From NCBI RefSeq assembly GCF_009914755.1, contig NC_060937.1: a DNA stretch of 64,000 bases, one strand, 5' to 3'. Shown here piece by piece: positions 30,362 to 44,652 of the stretch. The position numbers were made by a program, and so were the translations under genes. The stretch is from the human T2T-CHM13v2.0 reference genome, Homo sapiens. Numbering within the stretch: position 1 is the stretch's first letter; each line of letters starts with the position of its first letter. The notes beneath the pieces were generated by a model that worked only from the letters and a program-made list of their open reading frames with translations, was not told the DNA's origin and searched no databases.

Positions 30362-32899
30362 TAACAAATAAATTATTTTGAAAAATGAGGTGTTTTTTGA
30401 AGCCATGTTATTGACACTGTAATGGAGATTACCTTGCCACAATAATATAGCAACCTAATCCCCCGAGGTCTGCTAAAGCTCTTACTAACCTTAGAAAAAA
30501 TTGTAAACAATAGTCTGAATACTATTTTTTAAATATATATTTATCTTTAAACAAGGTTACACAGGCTATTTGATAATTCTTGACAGTCAGAAATCAATTC
30601 CTATTCAATGAGTTTTCCTAAATGGAAGAAAATGAATCATGGAACCCTTACTGGGCATAAAGCTTAGAAAGAATGTAAAGGCAGATGGCCCTGTCTGACA
30701 TTAGCTGTCATCTTTGCCTCCAAACAGATGCTAAGGAAGAAGCTGAAAACACATTACAGTGTCTGACACAGTGTTAGTCTAAGCATGTGCCTAAGATGCT
30801 AATACAGGTTATGAGAAAAGGGGCCTCGTAGCCAAAGTTTTGCAAATTCTAAGCTAAAAAAATTAAAAATATTTTTCATGATAGGATATATGAGGCTCAT
30901 TAGTGTGCTGATATATATCGTGACACATTAGAACAGAAGATAGCAGACTCTTTTCCATGTTTATTTTACCCTAGAATCTTCTGTGAAGAGAGTTTCATGA
31001 AACTGAGCCTCCATGAACTCACTTCAGGGGATAAGCAACTTAGAATATTGCTTCTATTGATGCGTCATTGGGTCAATTTGGAAGGGATGGATCTCTCCCT
31101 ATCCTGTATACATTTTGTTTATTTTCCCCCTTTCTTTCTATTTTTAACCATCTCACCTTTAAAAAGATGTTCCTTTGACCCACAAATTATTTCCCATCTC
31201 TACTGTGTATACTTTAGGATCTAAGATGTCCTATTTAATATAAAATTTAAAAAATCACATTGAGTAGTCTTTTATTCCTGATTCACCAAATTACTGCTAC
31301 CATAATGCTTTATCTTCTAAATCATTTCTATTTTCTTTACTGTTTATTGGTGTGGAACCATAAGAAACAGCTGATATTCAACTTATGAAAGTGGCAATTC
31401 CATATGGTTCAACCAAATACATTAATGTTATTAAAGAGTCAACACAGTTTCCAAGATAGTTGATTTATCAAAGAGCCTTAACCACTGCAAGAATTTGGCT
31501 TAATGCTTTTATAAATAGGCTAGGTGGTTGACAGGTGAGATCACTTATGCTTAAAAATGATACCAAGTTGGGCAAGATTGACAATATTTTGTAGGGCCAG
31601 GCAGGAATGCAAAATGATGCAGTCAATTTGAGGGAGTAATGTGTGCTGAATAGAATGAATTCCTAATAAAATACTTGCAAGGTTTTGGTTATAAAATAGA
31701 ATAATTAATTTTATAAATGCAACAGAAATAGGAACATTTACATGGACTGGTCCACATAAAGAGCAGTTTTAAAGTCACAGCCAATCACAGATTCAGGCTC
31801 TGCCAAACATGCCCAAATGGGCAGCCTCCAAGCCATTCATACTGACCAACCATCTGGACCTTATCCCTTGGATTTCAGCTACCATGTTGAATCAGATCAA
31901 TGACTTCATGTGGCCTATGAATTTTAGGCATTTAGACATAGTAGTATTGTCTTGAGTAATATATGTACACTCTTCCTGTAACCCATTCAAAATCTGCTCA
32001 ACTTTCAAGGGCCAGTTAACAGTCAAGGAAGTCCAGAAAGTCTCTGCTGTTACGTCTATAGGTCATAGACTTTATCGCTCAGCTTAACTCAAGGTGACAA
32101 TCACTTCTGGCTGACAATCACATCAGCTTCTTTGTATATTAGCCTTGACTTTGAAGTTTGTACATTCTTTGAGGACAAGGACCAAGTACTGCACATGTTT
32201 TGCACTTCTGTCAGACTAATGTGCAATCAATAAAAACATTAGTAGGCTTCATCAAGCAGGACTTAATAACATTACTGATCACAACAATGAAAACAACATG
32301 CATTAAAGCAAAATGACTATTGAGAACATTAAAGATTGAGAAATTTATGTGGAGGCAGATGAATATGAAACAAAATATATACGTATTTTATGTCCATATT
32401 ACTGAAGTTGGTATTTAATATATCCATAAATTTCATTACATGCTTAATTCGAGTTAACAGTAAGGCCAGTGTTTAGTTTAGTAGAGTTTCATGTAAGAGT
32501 CTTTATTCATGGTTTGTGGTTTAATGTGTTATGTAAAATACAGTAAACTAGAAGTATTTTTTCGTTGGACTTTTGTCTCTTAAATACTGAGATGCTGGAT
32601 AGAATGGTTTTTCAGTGCTGAATTTTCTGACCCTGTGATTTATTAGGCTTTTTAATGTATTATCCTAATGTCTTTATAAATTAATGTTTTTATAATTTAT
32701 CGGTTGACTATTGAAATAAAATTTTCATATTCCATTGCATTTTATATAATAGCATTACCCCTCAGCCACTGCGATATACATGAGTTTCAATTTATTATAG
32801 CTCAGTCCCAAATCAATGTCACTGTTAAGAGTATGTGTTACAGTAGTGGTTATCTTTGGAAAACAATTTGAGTCTGACTAGATGTTGTTCAATCCCCAG

Positions 32900-33046
32900 G
32901 CCATGGTAAGTGTGACTGTGGCAAGTGCAAGTGTGACCAGGGATGGTATGGGGATGCTTGCCAGTACCCAACTAACTGTGACTTGACAAAGAAGAAAAGT
33001 AACCAAATGTGCAAGAATTCACAAGACATCATCTGCTCTAATGCAG
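32900..33046 (+). CDS. ITGBL1: Integrin beta-like protein 1, internal coding exon (probably exon 3), 147 nt
   Basis: aatccccag|GCCATGGT...AATGCAG|gtaaga. Translates (G)[48 protein letters not shown], an 8-Cys integrin-EGF repeat matching ITGBL1 as recalled. Phase 1-1. Confidence 0.96.
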
Positions 33047-33698
33047 GTAAGAAGTATACCCTGTGAAAATTGTTAAGTGGAATAATCAAATTTTGTTTTT
33101 AATGGAAATATGTGGGCGTGGAGAAATGTTGAATCTCAGAGTGAGTCTGCTTTTGAGTATGTTTTTTAGAAGTGAAATTCAGATAAATCAATAGAAAAAA
33201 AATGCCATCTTGCTGAGACTGGCAAGTTTGATGCTTTCCAGCTGTTCCAAATGCCTCCTTCTAGCAGGATATTCACTGGAAACAACACCCCAACCACATT
33301 TTATGTAAATTGTGAGCCATGATATTGAATACCGGATTACATCTGTTAAAAAGGATTTATATAAACTGACTTAATTATTTTCTGTTACAGATCACGGGTG
33401 CTTTGAATTTTTACCTTCGCAAAATAGAACCAAATACTTTAAATTTGATAGAAGTTTCAGATATACTGGTTATAAAGCTCTTTGAAGGATACAGTCACAG
33501 AAAGATTTTTTGTTTGATCAAAATATTTTTTATTTCATAGAAGTTATTTGAAAATATTTTTTACAAAATTGTAGCAATGCTGTTAAAATTTATTAGCAAA
33601 ATCATATAAAAGAGTTGCAGTTTAGGTTTCAATGGTATTTAGCGAGTGTTACCGTAATTAAATATTCTTTTTACATTTGGGCAGGTGAAGCCTCAAAA

Positions 33699-33881
33699 TC
33701 AGATTTTCTCAACCGTGGTTGAACATCAGCATCCCAAGGAGAAAGGAATAAACTGTCAGTTCTCATGTAGTACACCAGAGGTTCTGTTTCAAGTGCTTTG
33801 GTGTGTGGCCTTGACGTTGGTGGTTTTTTTAAAGCTCTCTGGGTGATTTTAATATAGATGAGTGTGTGACCCATTGCTCTA
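33699..33881. mobile_element. MER5-like hAT DNA transposon relic
   Basis: ttctcaaccgtggttgaacatcagcatc...tttaaagctctctgggtgattttaat...cattgctcta. Confidence 0.6.
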
Positions 33882-34190
33882 AATGCTAAAGGTGAGGATT
33901 TGACTTCACGAATGAGTACCTTTCTTCCTGAAGCTCACATTGTTGGTAGGGCCCATCTCTAACCAGAGCTGAGAATTCCCCACAGTCTGATTGCAACAGA
34001 TTGTGTGTTTTAGACTGAGCTCAGTTAAAGGTGTTTTGCTGATAGGAATCAGACCACATCCAAAGCGAGGTGTGAGTGGATCCGTCAGGGGTCATGACAA
34101 ATGGTCTTAGCAGTTAGGTCCCTTTCTGTGTTCATGATGTTCTCATCATATTTCTCTAGCACTTCAGTCTTTCTTTCTTCTTAGTAGGAT

Positions 34191-34223
34191 TTCTCTACGT
34201 CCAATTCATAACACCCACCCCTC

Positions 34224-34284
<61 letters not shown>

Positions 34285-34348
34285 CTCTACTTCCAATTCA
34301 TAACACCCACCCCTCCATACACACACACACACGCGCACGCGCGCGCAT
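34191..34348. repeat. Tandem duplication of a ~35-bp unit plus (AC)n: (AC)28, then (AC)n(GC)n
   Basis: ttctctac(g/t)tccaattcataacacccacccctcca at 34191 and 34283. Confidence 0.92.
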
Positions 34349-34699
34349 GCCCCATAGCGTCTTTCATCTTGAAAAAATTATTCTTTTCAAACTTGTTTCA
34401 GTAACAAGACTTGAATTCTGTTTTGGGTTTGAAATCTATTTTGGGATTTATTTATTTATTGTTTGCAAATCAAATTTAGGGTTTTTTTTTAGAGAACATT
34501 ATAATCAAATGTGGTAGTCTAGGATTCTAAAGATGTTTAATATTAAGGAATCTAAACATGTAATTCACCACATTAACATATCTTAAAGGAGAAAACATAC
34601 AGAAGTGTTTCAGTAGATGATAAAACATATTTGATACAATGTAAACGCATTTCTAGGACATCTGTACTCTCTCATTTTTTAAGCATGGATGCAATACCT

Positions 34700-37240
34700 T
34701 TGTTCATAACCTGCTTTAGTCAAGGGACCCAGTAATGTCCTGTATAGCGTTTTCCTCTCCTTACAGGATTCAGACTATTGAAAATGTTATGTTTATATCT
34801 CTCTTTAGTCTTCTTTAATCTGGGTCATTTCCACAGACTTTGGCTTTAGAGCATTGAAACTTGTGAAGAAAGTTGTCCCCATTTTATTAAAAGAAAAGTG
34901 TACTTATCTTGGATTTGTCTGATGTCTCCCCCGCCATGATTAGATTCATAATACATATTCTTAGGTAAAACACTAGAGAAATGGTTTTGTGTTCTCAAAA
35001 TGTTTCATCTGGAAGCACATGATGTCCATCTGCTCATATTGGTGATGTCAGTTTTGATGAGCTGGTCAAGGTGTTGGCTGGTGTCTTAACTGTGTTATTT
35101 CTGACTTACCCTCTTCACAAATGTGCATTCTATGAGGAAATACTTTAAAGCCATACATGTATCACATTCCTCACTAAAATTACCCCAGATTTAACATCCG
35201 CTGATGACAATCACCTGACACAGTATTGACAATGATGACTGGAAAATGATGATTTATGAACTGTAACATTCTCTCTGAATTGACTAGTTGGCACTCAGTA
35301 TTCCACCACAAACAGGAATCCTCCTCTCTCATTTATCAGTTATTTGTTATTTCATTTACTTAGTGACTTATTATCAGTCTAGAAGCACAATTCTTATTAT
35401 TTCATTGATTTGTTATTCATTTTGTACATAATTATTCTGGTGCACAGAGTTTTCCAGATTAGGTATTAAAGCCCATCAGGCTAGCTTTTGTGTTTTTGTG
35501 ACATGCCTGCCTTTTGTTTTTGTTTTTTGTTTTGTTTTTGCAATTCTTTACTTGTTGGCATAATAACATATTCCAGGGTCATATTGGACCTGCTTCACTG
35601 CACCTTTGGAATCATCCACTTATCCAAACAGCCCTGATTCCTTTTAGTGAAAATGGTATTTGAATAAAAATTGTGGGCACAGGGATACTTATTTCCACTG
35701 GAGGGTATTTGCTTCTTGGCCCTTTCTGCAAATAGGCTTGTGTCAAAAAAGTAGATTGAAGCATAATACAATTTTTATTTTATCTGAGCAAACAATGATT
35801 CATGAATCAGGCAGCTCCAAATCAGAAGTGATTCAGGTGCTTCATTGAGGGAATGCAAGTGGGAGGCTTTTATAGGGTGAACAGAAAAAGAAAGCAAAGA
35901 AAAATAGTTGGTTGGCTAATGTTATATGGTTGCCTTGTTTAGTCTATCCTGTTGGAAAGTCCCTAGTTATATAATTATAAGTTTGTTGGTTGCTTCTGAT
36001 TGGTTAAACTTAAGTTCTGTTCTTCTTTAATGTAGACATTTATAAGAAATAACTTAAGCTAAATTTCACTTATTTTTGCCTGTCAGGCAAGGTTAGGATC
36101 ATTTATGAGGCCTAACTGGCTTAGTCTGCTCAGGGGTTCTTTAGGCCTTGTCTCCATTTTAATTTATCTTGACACTAGTAAATATATGCCTGTGCATATA
36201 CACACAAATACATATACACATACTTGCACACAGATATGCATGTACACATACACATACATGCATATTTTAGAAATCATGAATTTACACCAGTGCATCTAAT
36301 TCCAGTCCAACCTCACAGGATTACTTCTTGTTTTCTCCATTCCATATTTGCATGTCCCATTTTCACAGGGAGAACCCTGGCTCCCAATACCACCAACATA
36401 TTTACTTATTTGCTCAATCCTATACTACATCTCTAGTTACTTCTAGAAGTGCTGCAGACACACCACTAAACCAAGCAAATGTACCAAAAGAGATTAGGAT
36501 TTGCAGTCCACCCCTCTCCACTTCCCCCCACTCACTGTACCTCAATCATGCCCAAGATTGGGGTATGTAGTCGAATGACGTGTTCATAAGTCACTCAGAC
36601 TTATTTTATTTTCTTCTCTTTTAGTGTGGTTATGGTACTCATTTGAAATACAATTTAGCTTATTTATTTCAGATCACTTTCAATTTTAGGTTTTATAATT
36701 CCTTCCCATCTGTATTAATATATTTTATAATGTATAGTACACTAACATGCTTCTAAAAGTCATAACTATGCAGAAAAGTATACTCAGAGAATCATCCCTC
36801 TCTTCCTCAAACCTTGCACCCTGCTTACCCTCACCTTATAGATAACCAACTTTATTGCTCTCTTCCTTCTCTGTGCATGTATTTCTTTTTGTGTAAAGAT
36901 AAATAGACATATTTGTGTGTTATTATTTCTCATTTTTTTCCTGTGCAAATGGTTGTGCTTTCATTCCATGTGTTCTTTTGCACTCTGCTTTTACGACTCA
37001 ACATAATCTCCTGGAATTCACTCCAAATCAGTTCATAGAAATCCTTCTCTTTATTTTTTCAAAAGCACAGGACTGGATTCTATGTATGCAATGTAATTTA
37101 TTCAATCAAGCTCTTATGCTTGAGCATTTAGACAGTAGTCAGTATTTTGGATTGTAAATAATAGTGCACAGAATGATCTAGTGCACATATATTTTTATAT
37201 TTTTGGAGGTGTGTATTCAAGGCAAATTACCAGAAATGCA
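34700..37240 (-). mobile_element. Decayed L1MC/ME 3' region interrupted by an LTR, approximate bounds
   Basis: T-rich L1M 3'-end-like motifs (ccctgattccttttagtgaaaatggtatttgaa; ttttggaggtgtgtattcaaggcaaatt). Confidence 0.55.
35741..36174 (-). mobile_element. ERV1-class solo LTR (MER31/MER67-like)
   Basis: Termini TGTCA...TGACA, near-4-bp TSD cttg/ctag, internal ttatgaggcctaactggcttagtctgctcagggg. Confidence 0.65.
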
Positions 37241-39039
37241 ATTGGCCAAAAGATACATTTATATTCAGTGTTACATTTAATCTTTTCTGTCTCATTTACT
37301 CTTGTAGAAATATCTAAGCCTTTCATGTTTACTTTGGCAGTCTCATTCTCACCTGTCTTTCTTTTAATACCCACTTCCACCCTCCGAGTTCAGGACCATT
37401 TCCCCCAAATTGCATTAGCCTATGAAGTCTCTCTATTAATCCTTCCCTTTCATATCACAGTGTGGTTTTCTGAAGTAGTTTGGAGCAGAAGGGGAAGAGG
37501 AGTTAAATGGATTGGGGAATGAGACTGAAGGGCAGAATGAGGCAGAGCTGGGGATCAAAGTGTTCCAGAGGCTAACTTTGTGGGAAAAGTAGAAGGGAGG
37601 TCCAGTGTGCAGAGCAGGGTGAGGCCCCGGCACCACTGTACAGGAGTGTGGGCTGGTGTACATGTCTGGTCAGTCATCCTAGAGAGAGTCAGTTCTATTG
37701 GGCACTATGAAAAATGAGAGCTAAAAATCATCAAGTGTAAGGCAGAAGACCAGTCCTAGAGGCTGAGTTAACTGGCAACCACGAGAGAGAAGCTGTGTGT
37801 GTCATAGCATGAGCACAGGAGTCTGGAGCTTTTGCCTGGGCGTCCATATGCCATGTCTTGGAGGCTCCGTTGTGAATTCTGCTTTATGGGTGAGACAGGA
37901 AGTCTCTGAGCTGTTGTAAACTTCCCACATCAGCCGGGAATGTTTCCGATGTGTGGATGAGAGGGAGCTGCCTATGGGGGACTTCAGTGAGGAGTCATAG
38001 AATTTGGAGGCAGAGGCTGTTCCTTCCCATCTTTCCTGAAAAAACTTCCTCATACACAGTCCTAACCAAGTGACTTCCTGCTCTCATATTATATATGAGA
38101 GGCCCATATTATATATGGTTACATGTATAATATTTGTATAGGTTTATATTTGTAGTTATAAAACAAGAAAACATATGACACAAAGGCTTTTGCAATAGAC
38201 TTGTGGCAAATGCTATACAAAATGTATTAATAGGGTATCTCTTCCTGGTCTATGATTTACTTAATTTTAAGCATCTCATTATTTTCTATAGCACTTAGTT
38301 CCTTGCAAACAACATAACAGATAACAAGAAAGCTTAATGGCTGGATATGTGGGTGGTTGAGAGACAGGATGAATAAATGTGAAAATGAAAAAGAAGGGTG
38401 ATAATTAGAGAACAAAAACTAGATGAAGCAATAGCATAAATTATAGCATTAGATTTCAAATTACTTTTATGAATTGAGTTAGCTTTTAGGGAAAAATGCA
38501 ATAAAATGAAGTTTAATGACAGGAAAATTCACATGAGTATTTGCAAGATAGAAAAATAAATTCTGCAAAATCACCATTTATATGTAACTGTGAGTGAAAA
38601 ATTTATAGATAATAGTGACTTGCAAGTGATCTGGGTAACAGAATCATGCAGAGGATATGAAAACAAGGATATTGTCAGCATCCATAAATATATTTTCTGG
38701 AGAAAATGTTTGTAAATATGATGAATATACTCTATATCTTAATGGGAGAAGAGGAAGAACCCAAATTTTCTCAAATCCTACTATGTACTAGGTGCAGCAG
38801 TGCTTCTAGAAACATGACTGGGTACATATTCATCACTTGGTATTGGCAGCAGTTCTATGAAGCAGAGATTATTTGCAGATATGGAATCTGGGAATTAGAA
38901 ATGAAAGCAATGCCTTTAAAAATGCATAGCTCATGAGGATTAAAACTCGGAATTCAGCTACAGCTCTACCTTACTCACAAGTTCATTCTCTTTCTAATAG
39001 ATCACATATAGATTTGCTAATATCTAGTAATTCAAACCA

Positions 39040-39800
39040 AATTAGCAACAGCTTCCTTGGTTCCTTCCCATCCTTCACCCTTTACACTCAGTCACCAAAT
39101 GCCCTCTACTCTTTCTCCTAAAAATATCCCCAGATGTATTTGTTCCATTCTAAACTCATCGCATCATGTGTCTAGCCACTGTCTTCTTTCCTGCAGACAA
39201 ATATAACAGCCTTTTAACTCATTTCTTTGCATCCACTTTTGCCTCATTTCAGTTCATTCACTCTTATGCTATTGCTTCATCTAGTTTTTGTTACATGACA
39301 ACCAGAGTAATCTGGTAAAAATTCATACATGATCACAGGACTCCCTTGCTTCTATGTCTTCCAATTATTTTTGGATTAAAGCTGGAAATCTTTAACATGA
39401 CCTATAAGACTTCCATGAACTGCACCTCAGGTTGCTTTATTCATTTCATGCCACTTTTCATGCTGTTCTGTATACCTCAATCCCATGTGGTGTTTTTCCT
39501 TCACTTCCCCTTTTATTGCAGAGCCTGTGCTATTGTCTCGTGCTGGAAGTAAGCCTCTTCACCATCTCACTTCTCTTAGCTATGCTTTTTCTCTTGGCTT
39601 TTAGTTCTCAGCTACTTCCTCAGGGACTCTGACTTTGACCTACTGGTCTCAGTTAAATCCCCTTGCTATGTGCTTCTGCAACACTTTGCACTTCTGTATT
39701 TATTTTATCACATTGGTTTTTGCTCATATAAAACTCTGAGAGGAGGGTTATGGCTGACTTGATTCCCGTTGGATTTTCAGAGTCCAGGGTGGTTTCTTGT
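39040..39800. repeat. L2 relic(s), approximate bounds
   Basis: cagagtaatctggtaaaa...gatca...cttccaatt...aaatctttaacatgacctataagac pattern typical of L2. Confidence 0.5.
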
Positions 39801-40648
39801 GAGAGATCAAGTCTCAGTTGATACATGGTGATGGCTGTGATGAGCATTAAAACTCAAAATAGATAAATTAACAAGGAAATTTCTCAAGTGGGCATTCTAC
39901 CTCTCAAAATTGTTTGAGTGCAATATTAATGTTGGTGAAATTACATTTGGGGGATGTGGTAGAATCTTCAGACTTGGATGAGTATATGGCTCGTGGTAGA
40001 CCAGATGACTACCATGCCTCTCTAACGTGGAGGTCCCCTGAGAATCTGGTGAGTTACCAGCAATCCATGCCTAAGGAAATCCACTCTTGTCCCATTATTG
40101 TAAGGACATGTGTATCAGTATAAGTTAATGCTGAGGAGGAGAAATTATCAGGGGCACATATGATTTTTATTTATGCATTTGATAATAAATTATTTCCACA
40201 AATATTTATTACATAAATAGTATGTTCAAACATAGTGCAAAACATTGAATAAATACTGGTGAGGAAGATAAGCAAGGTTGCTTCCCTCACAAAGCTTAGA
40301 ATTTGCTGCTTTATTTCACTTCAGACCCAGGTGTAATCAGAAGACATTCATGCATTGGTTGGATGGCTATATGTGGAGTAGCTCTGCACTTGGAGAGGTC
40401 AAATTTACATTCATTAAACCATTAGAGGTCAATAATAATAGTTGTGTGATCTAAAATATAATTGCCATGCTAAAATAACCTCAAGAAAGAGTAGCATGTG
40501 CTTTACCTCACCATGCCCACAGAAATATCTAATTGAAATATTAAATTGATTTGGATTATCTACTCTCTTGAGAGAGATGGTATAAAAATTCATTAATTAT
40601 AATTTTATGTGCATGTAACAAACAGTCTTTTTTGTTTTCATGGTTTAG

Positions 40649-40771
40649 GTACATGTCACTGTGGCAGGTGTAAGTGTGATAATTCAGATGGAAGTGGACT
40701 TGTGTATGGTAAATTTTGTGAGTGTGACGATAGAGAATGCATAGACGATGAAACAGAAGAAATATGTGGAG
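40649..40771 (+). CDS. ITGBL1: ITGBL1 internal coding exon (probably exon 4), 123 nt
   Basis: ggtttag|GTACATGT...TGTGGAG|gtatgt. Translates (G)[40 protein letters not shown], contained in ORF 40609..40851 and in frame with the previous exon. Confidence 0.96.
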
Positions 40772-41299
40772 GTATGTATATTGGCTCTGTAGAAATTAAT
40801 AAAAGTACCTGTTTTTTTCACCTATTTCATTGTTCTTTTATCTCTACATAAGTTTCTGCTCTAGGTGTGCTAATGTAGTTTAAACCTATGTTTATCTGGA
40901 AAACATTTCACATAAGGAGAGTGAGACTATGGCATTAAGAGTAGACTAGTACTTTTTAGATGCAAAGCCAAATTGTCCCCAGAGGAGAGCTGTGTCATTA
41001 TGGCAACAGGCCAACTGCATAGCTCTGAAGTAGTCCTAGTAGAATACCATCTCCTCTGCTCACCTTAGTCACTTTTATTTTCCTTTCTCCTACTCTCTTA
41101 AGTGTACATTTTCATTTCTTTGTTTTTCCCTTTCTAAAACATGAGTCTCATGTCCTATCAGGGACAATGAAGGTCAATAGGGTTATTAGCCTAGAGTTTA
41201 CCTCCCCCTCTCTGTCCCTAAACACTTAAATAACATTTTCAATGACCTTTTCTGTGTACCACCATTACTCAATTCATTTTTCTGTTGTAGCAGTTCTTG

Positions 41300-41535
41300 C
41301 ATGTTTGCTAGTGACAAATTCTGCAATAAGTGCTTTACATTCATTATGTTTTGTCTCACAACATCACTCTAGGCTAAGAATTATGTTTATCTACATAGAT
41401 AGATGTGGAACCTGGGACGTGGATAAATTAGGTAACGAACCCAGGGTCAGTCCACCAATAATAGTAGAATTTGGGCTCGTGTCTGTGTGATGCCAAAGTC
41501 TATGTTCCTGATGCCTCACCACTCACGACTGCATC
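41300..41535 (-). repeat. MIR relic
   Basis: aagtgctttacattcatt...tctcacaac...ttaggtaacgaacccagggtca...tctgtgtgatgccaaagtc. Confidence 0.65.
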
Positions 41536-44511
41536 AGTGCCTTAGAGCTCAGAGCTCCACAAGAGGAGTCTCTCCTCACCACTTGCAGTTTTCATCTCTT
41601 CTGCTCAACCTGCAAGCCTGTGCCCAGAGTTCCCATTTGCAACCTTGACTGGTGTAGGAAAAGAAAAGTAGAAAGCAGAGAGAATCATTTGGTTTAGGTA
41701 AATTTTTCTCTGCTCTGAACTTATATTTCACTCCTATCTCATGGGATTCCAGTTGAAGGAAGACTGCCCTGCGTGCAGAAATGGTAGTTTTAGAAGTATT
41801 GTTTTTCTGGAAGGACTAGGGCCCAATGGGGCCACGTGGAACCAGAGAACCCTGAGAAACTGTGGCTAGCATAGGACAAGCTTGTTCTTTTGTTTACATT
41901 TCGGTAGCTTCAATTCCTGTGAGTCATCCAAATACACTTATTTTAGGCCTGATTGGCCCTCCCTCCTTGATCTCCTGGCTGTACAAACTACCTGGATAAA
42001 ACAAACAAACACAAAAACCTTATTTTCATTTTTCCGAGCCAATGACCTAAGCAAGATGCTGCTCAGACAATTCTTTCTTAAAGGGCTCAGTCCAAAATAA
42101 TTAGATCAATTAGACAAATCCATCCACAAATATATGTGTTTGTCCTCTTGATGTTTAGTTTCCAATTATTATAGATGGAAAAAAAAAAAAAGAAGAAGAC
42201 GGGAACATGCTTTGGGGCCAGTGTGTGTTGATAAACACCACAAAAGCAGAGTCTATTTGCATGTATCAATAGAAAAATGTAACTTGAAACAACACAACAG
42301 AAAATGTTTAACTTTCAAACTTTCTAGTTGTTATTTCCATTTGTTTGAGGCTTAAGCAATTTCATGGTGCAAAGTCTCTGAACAAGGACACCAGCACTGC
42401 AGTAAACACCCTCTGGGGGTGACATTGCCTGGGATTGTAAATCTTTCCATGTGTCATTCACATGAAACCAATCTGCTGAGAGATGATTCCACAGTTCATC
42501 AGTGAAGTAGTACAAATAGACATTTTCTTGCTCTATCAGTTTGCACAAAGCAAAGAATTATGTTTATTGTCTGGAATATGTATTGTCCTAAAGCACACAT
42601 TTTAATCTCAATTATTCAGATGTGTCTTGTTCAATATTTTTATTTGAGTTATGTGGATATTTGTTTAATTTTCCATACCTGCATAGACGTGTATTGTTAC
42701 ATAATTTTTGCTTCCTTATTTACCTCTAACTCAAAGGTTTCTTAGTAAAACCCTAATTCAGTACTGAATTGTATAAATATTCAAAGAATTTGGATGTGAG
42801 AAATATAGATTTTCTATCATTTATTAATATAGTAATCCTTACTTATGTTGCACCTTCTGTATAAATTTTCTGAAATTACAGAGAAAATAAATTCCGTAGT
42901 CTAAAAAGGTGATTGGGTCGTACAAACCTGACTCCTAAGAAAAGCAATTAATATACACTATTGCTTTTTTTTCAGTGTAATCCTTGAGTTCTTGAGGCCT
43001 GTGATATATCACTAGGATGTGATTTGTGTGTGCAAGTAGACACCATTTTAAGTTCATAAATGAGATATATAGATGATATATTCTGTACTGATTAAATCAC
43101 TTGACAGCCTTTGCATTTGCTTAAGTAAACAAATTTAAAATTCAAATTCATTGTGGAAATGGTCATTGATTTTTAGGTTAACAAGTGATTTTCTTTGAAT
43201 ATCCCAATTATAACTTATTTAGACAGAGAACATGGCATTGGGTCCCTGTCTCTTTCTCTGTGTCTCACTATAGCACTCTTTCTGTTCATCTCTCTGGCTC
43301 TGTCTCTCAGATGTGTATCTTCTTGATGGAAGTCTCATCTGCTGGACATGAATAGCGTAGGATACCAGAATATTCTGTTGTACTTCTTGCTTCTTATGTG
43401 AGTTTTACAGGTCCTATTAATGTTCTTGCCATTGGCCAGAAATACCATAGTGTTAGAATGATAAATATGCTTATAAGACAATGAAAAGTAGTCTCATAAT
43501 CAGTTTTGCATTGTCTTTTGGGGAGTTTGGCTGTAAGAGAAGAGAGATGGAAAGAACAAAGACTTTAGCCATAGACTGATAAAACACAAACTCCTATAAT
43601 ACAGAAAGAATAGACTAAAAACAAAACAAGAACAAGGACATACATTTATACTTAGGTGATATAACTACAAAGATGAGAGTATAAGAAGTAAAATTTGGGA
43701 TAAATGCCATCTTTGGGGAATTTGCAGAAGGATTGCTAGGTGTGGATGAGGAAAGCAATGGTGCGATAATTCACTACAGATGGCTTGGAGGCAAGTGCAG
43801 ATGAGCAGGTAACAGGTTACAGAGAGGTGGGAGCTGAAAGAGGGCATCTGGACACAAAATGGTGAGTGCCCTTACCTGTCATTTGTATCCCCTTGACAAG
43901 TAGAAAGGGAATTTGATTGCGTGGCCAAGGGCCCATGGTATTTTGTTTGTCTAAATGAGGATTAAACATGGACTAGGCTGAAAACCTCTCTTTCACATGG
44001 TGGAACACAACAGCTTGTGGGGCACAGTTGAGTGAAAAGATGAAATATTTATTCTGCTTTAAAGAGTTGTTTGGTCATTCATAATGTCTATCTAGGTAAA
44101 TATGCACCATTGGTTTCTCAATAGTTGATTTCAAATGAAATATTTTAATAACTAATTCAAGAAACGTCCTTAGAGTGAATGCTCATATATATTTGGGTTT
44201 GATGTGTGCATTTGAGATGGAAAAGTAATAGACTGTCATGGTCATTCATGTCATTTCTTTAAAAATACTTTTAATCAGTTCCCTGTCTAGGCCAAGTTAA
44301 AGGACACTTTGCTCTTTTTGTATGATTAAGCAGGTATAGGCACAACCATGATGTGTTTGGAGAAAGCTGTATAATTTGATTATTTTAGGCAAGGAATGTG
44401 GAGCTGTGACAGTATTTCAGAAGGCAAAAATGATCACAAAGAGATAGAAAGTTAATTCTGCTTATGAAAGTTGCTTTTTTCCTCACTGTATAAAATTCAT
44501 TTTGGGTAAAG

Positions 44512-44652
44512 GCCATGGGAAGTGTTACTGTGGAAACTGCTACTGCAAGGCTGGTTGGCATGGAGATAAATGTGAATTCCAGTGCGATATCACCCCCTGG
44601 GAAAGCAAGCGAAGATGCACGTCTCCAGATGGCAAAATCTGCAGTAACAGAG
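44512..44652 (+). CDS. ITGBL1: ITGBL1 internal coding exon (probably exon 5), 141 nt
   Basis: gggtaaag|GCCATGGG...AACAGAG|gtgtgt. Translates (G)[46 protein letters not shown]. Confidence 0.95.

Noticed and set aside
40647-40654. AG|GT at the starts of exons 4 and 7 as recursive splice sites
   Set aside because: The following bases (GTACAT, GTCATG) are poor donor matches, and the GT is explained by a split Gly codon.
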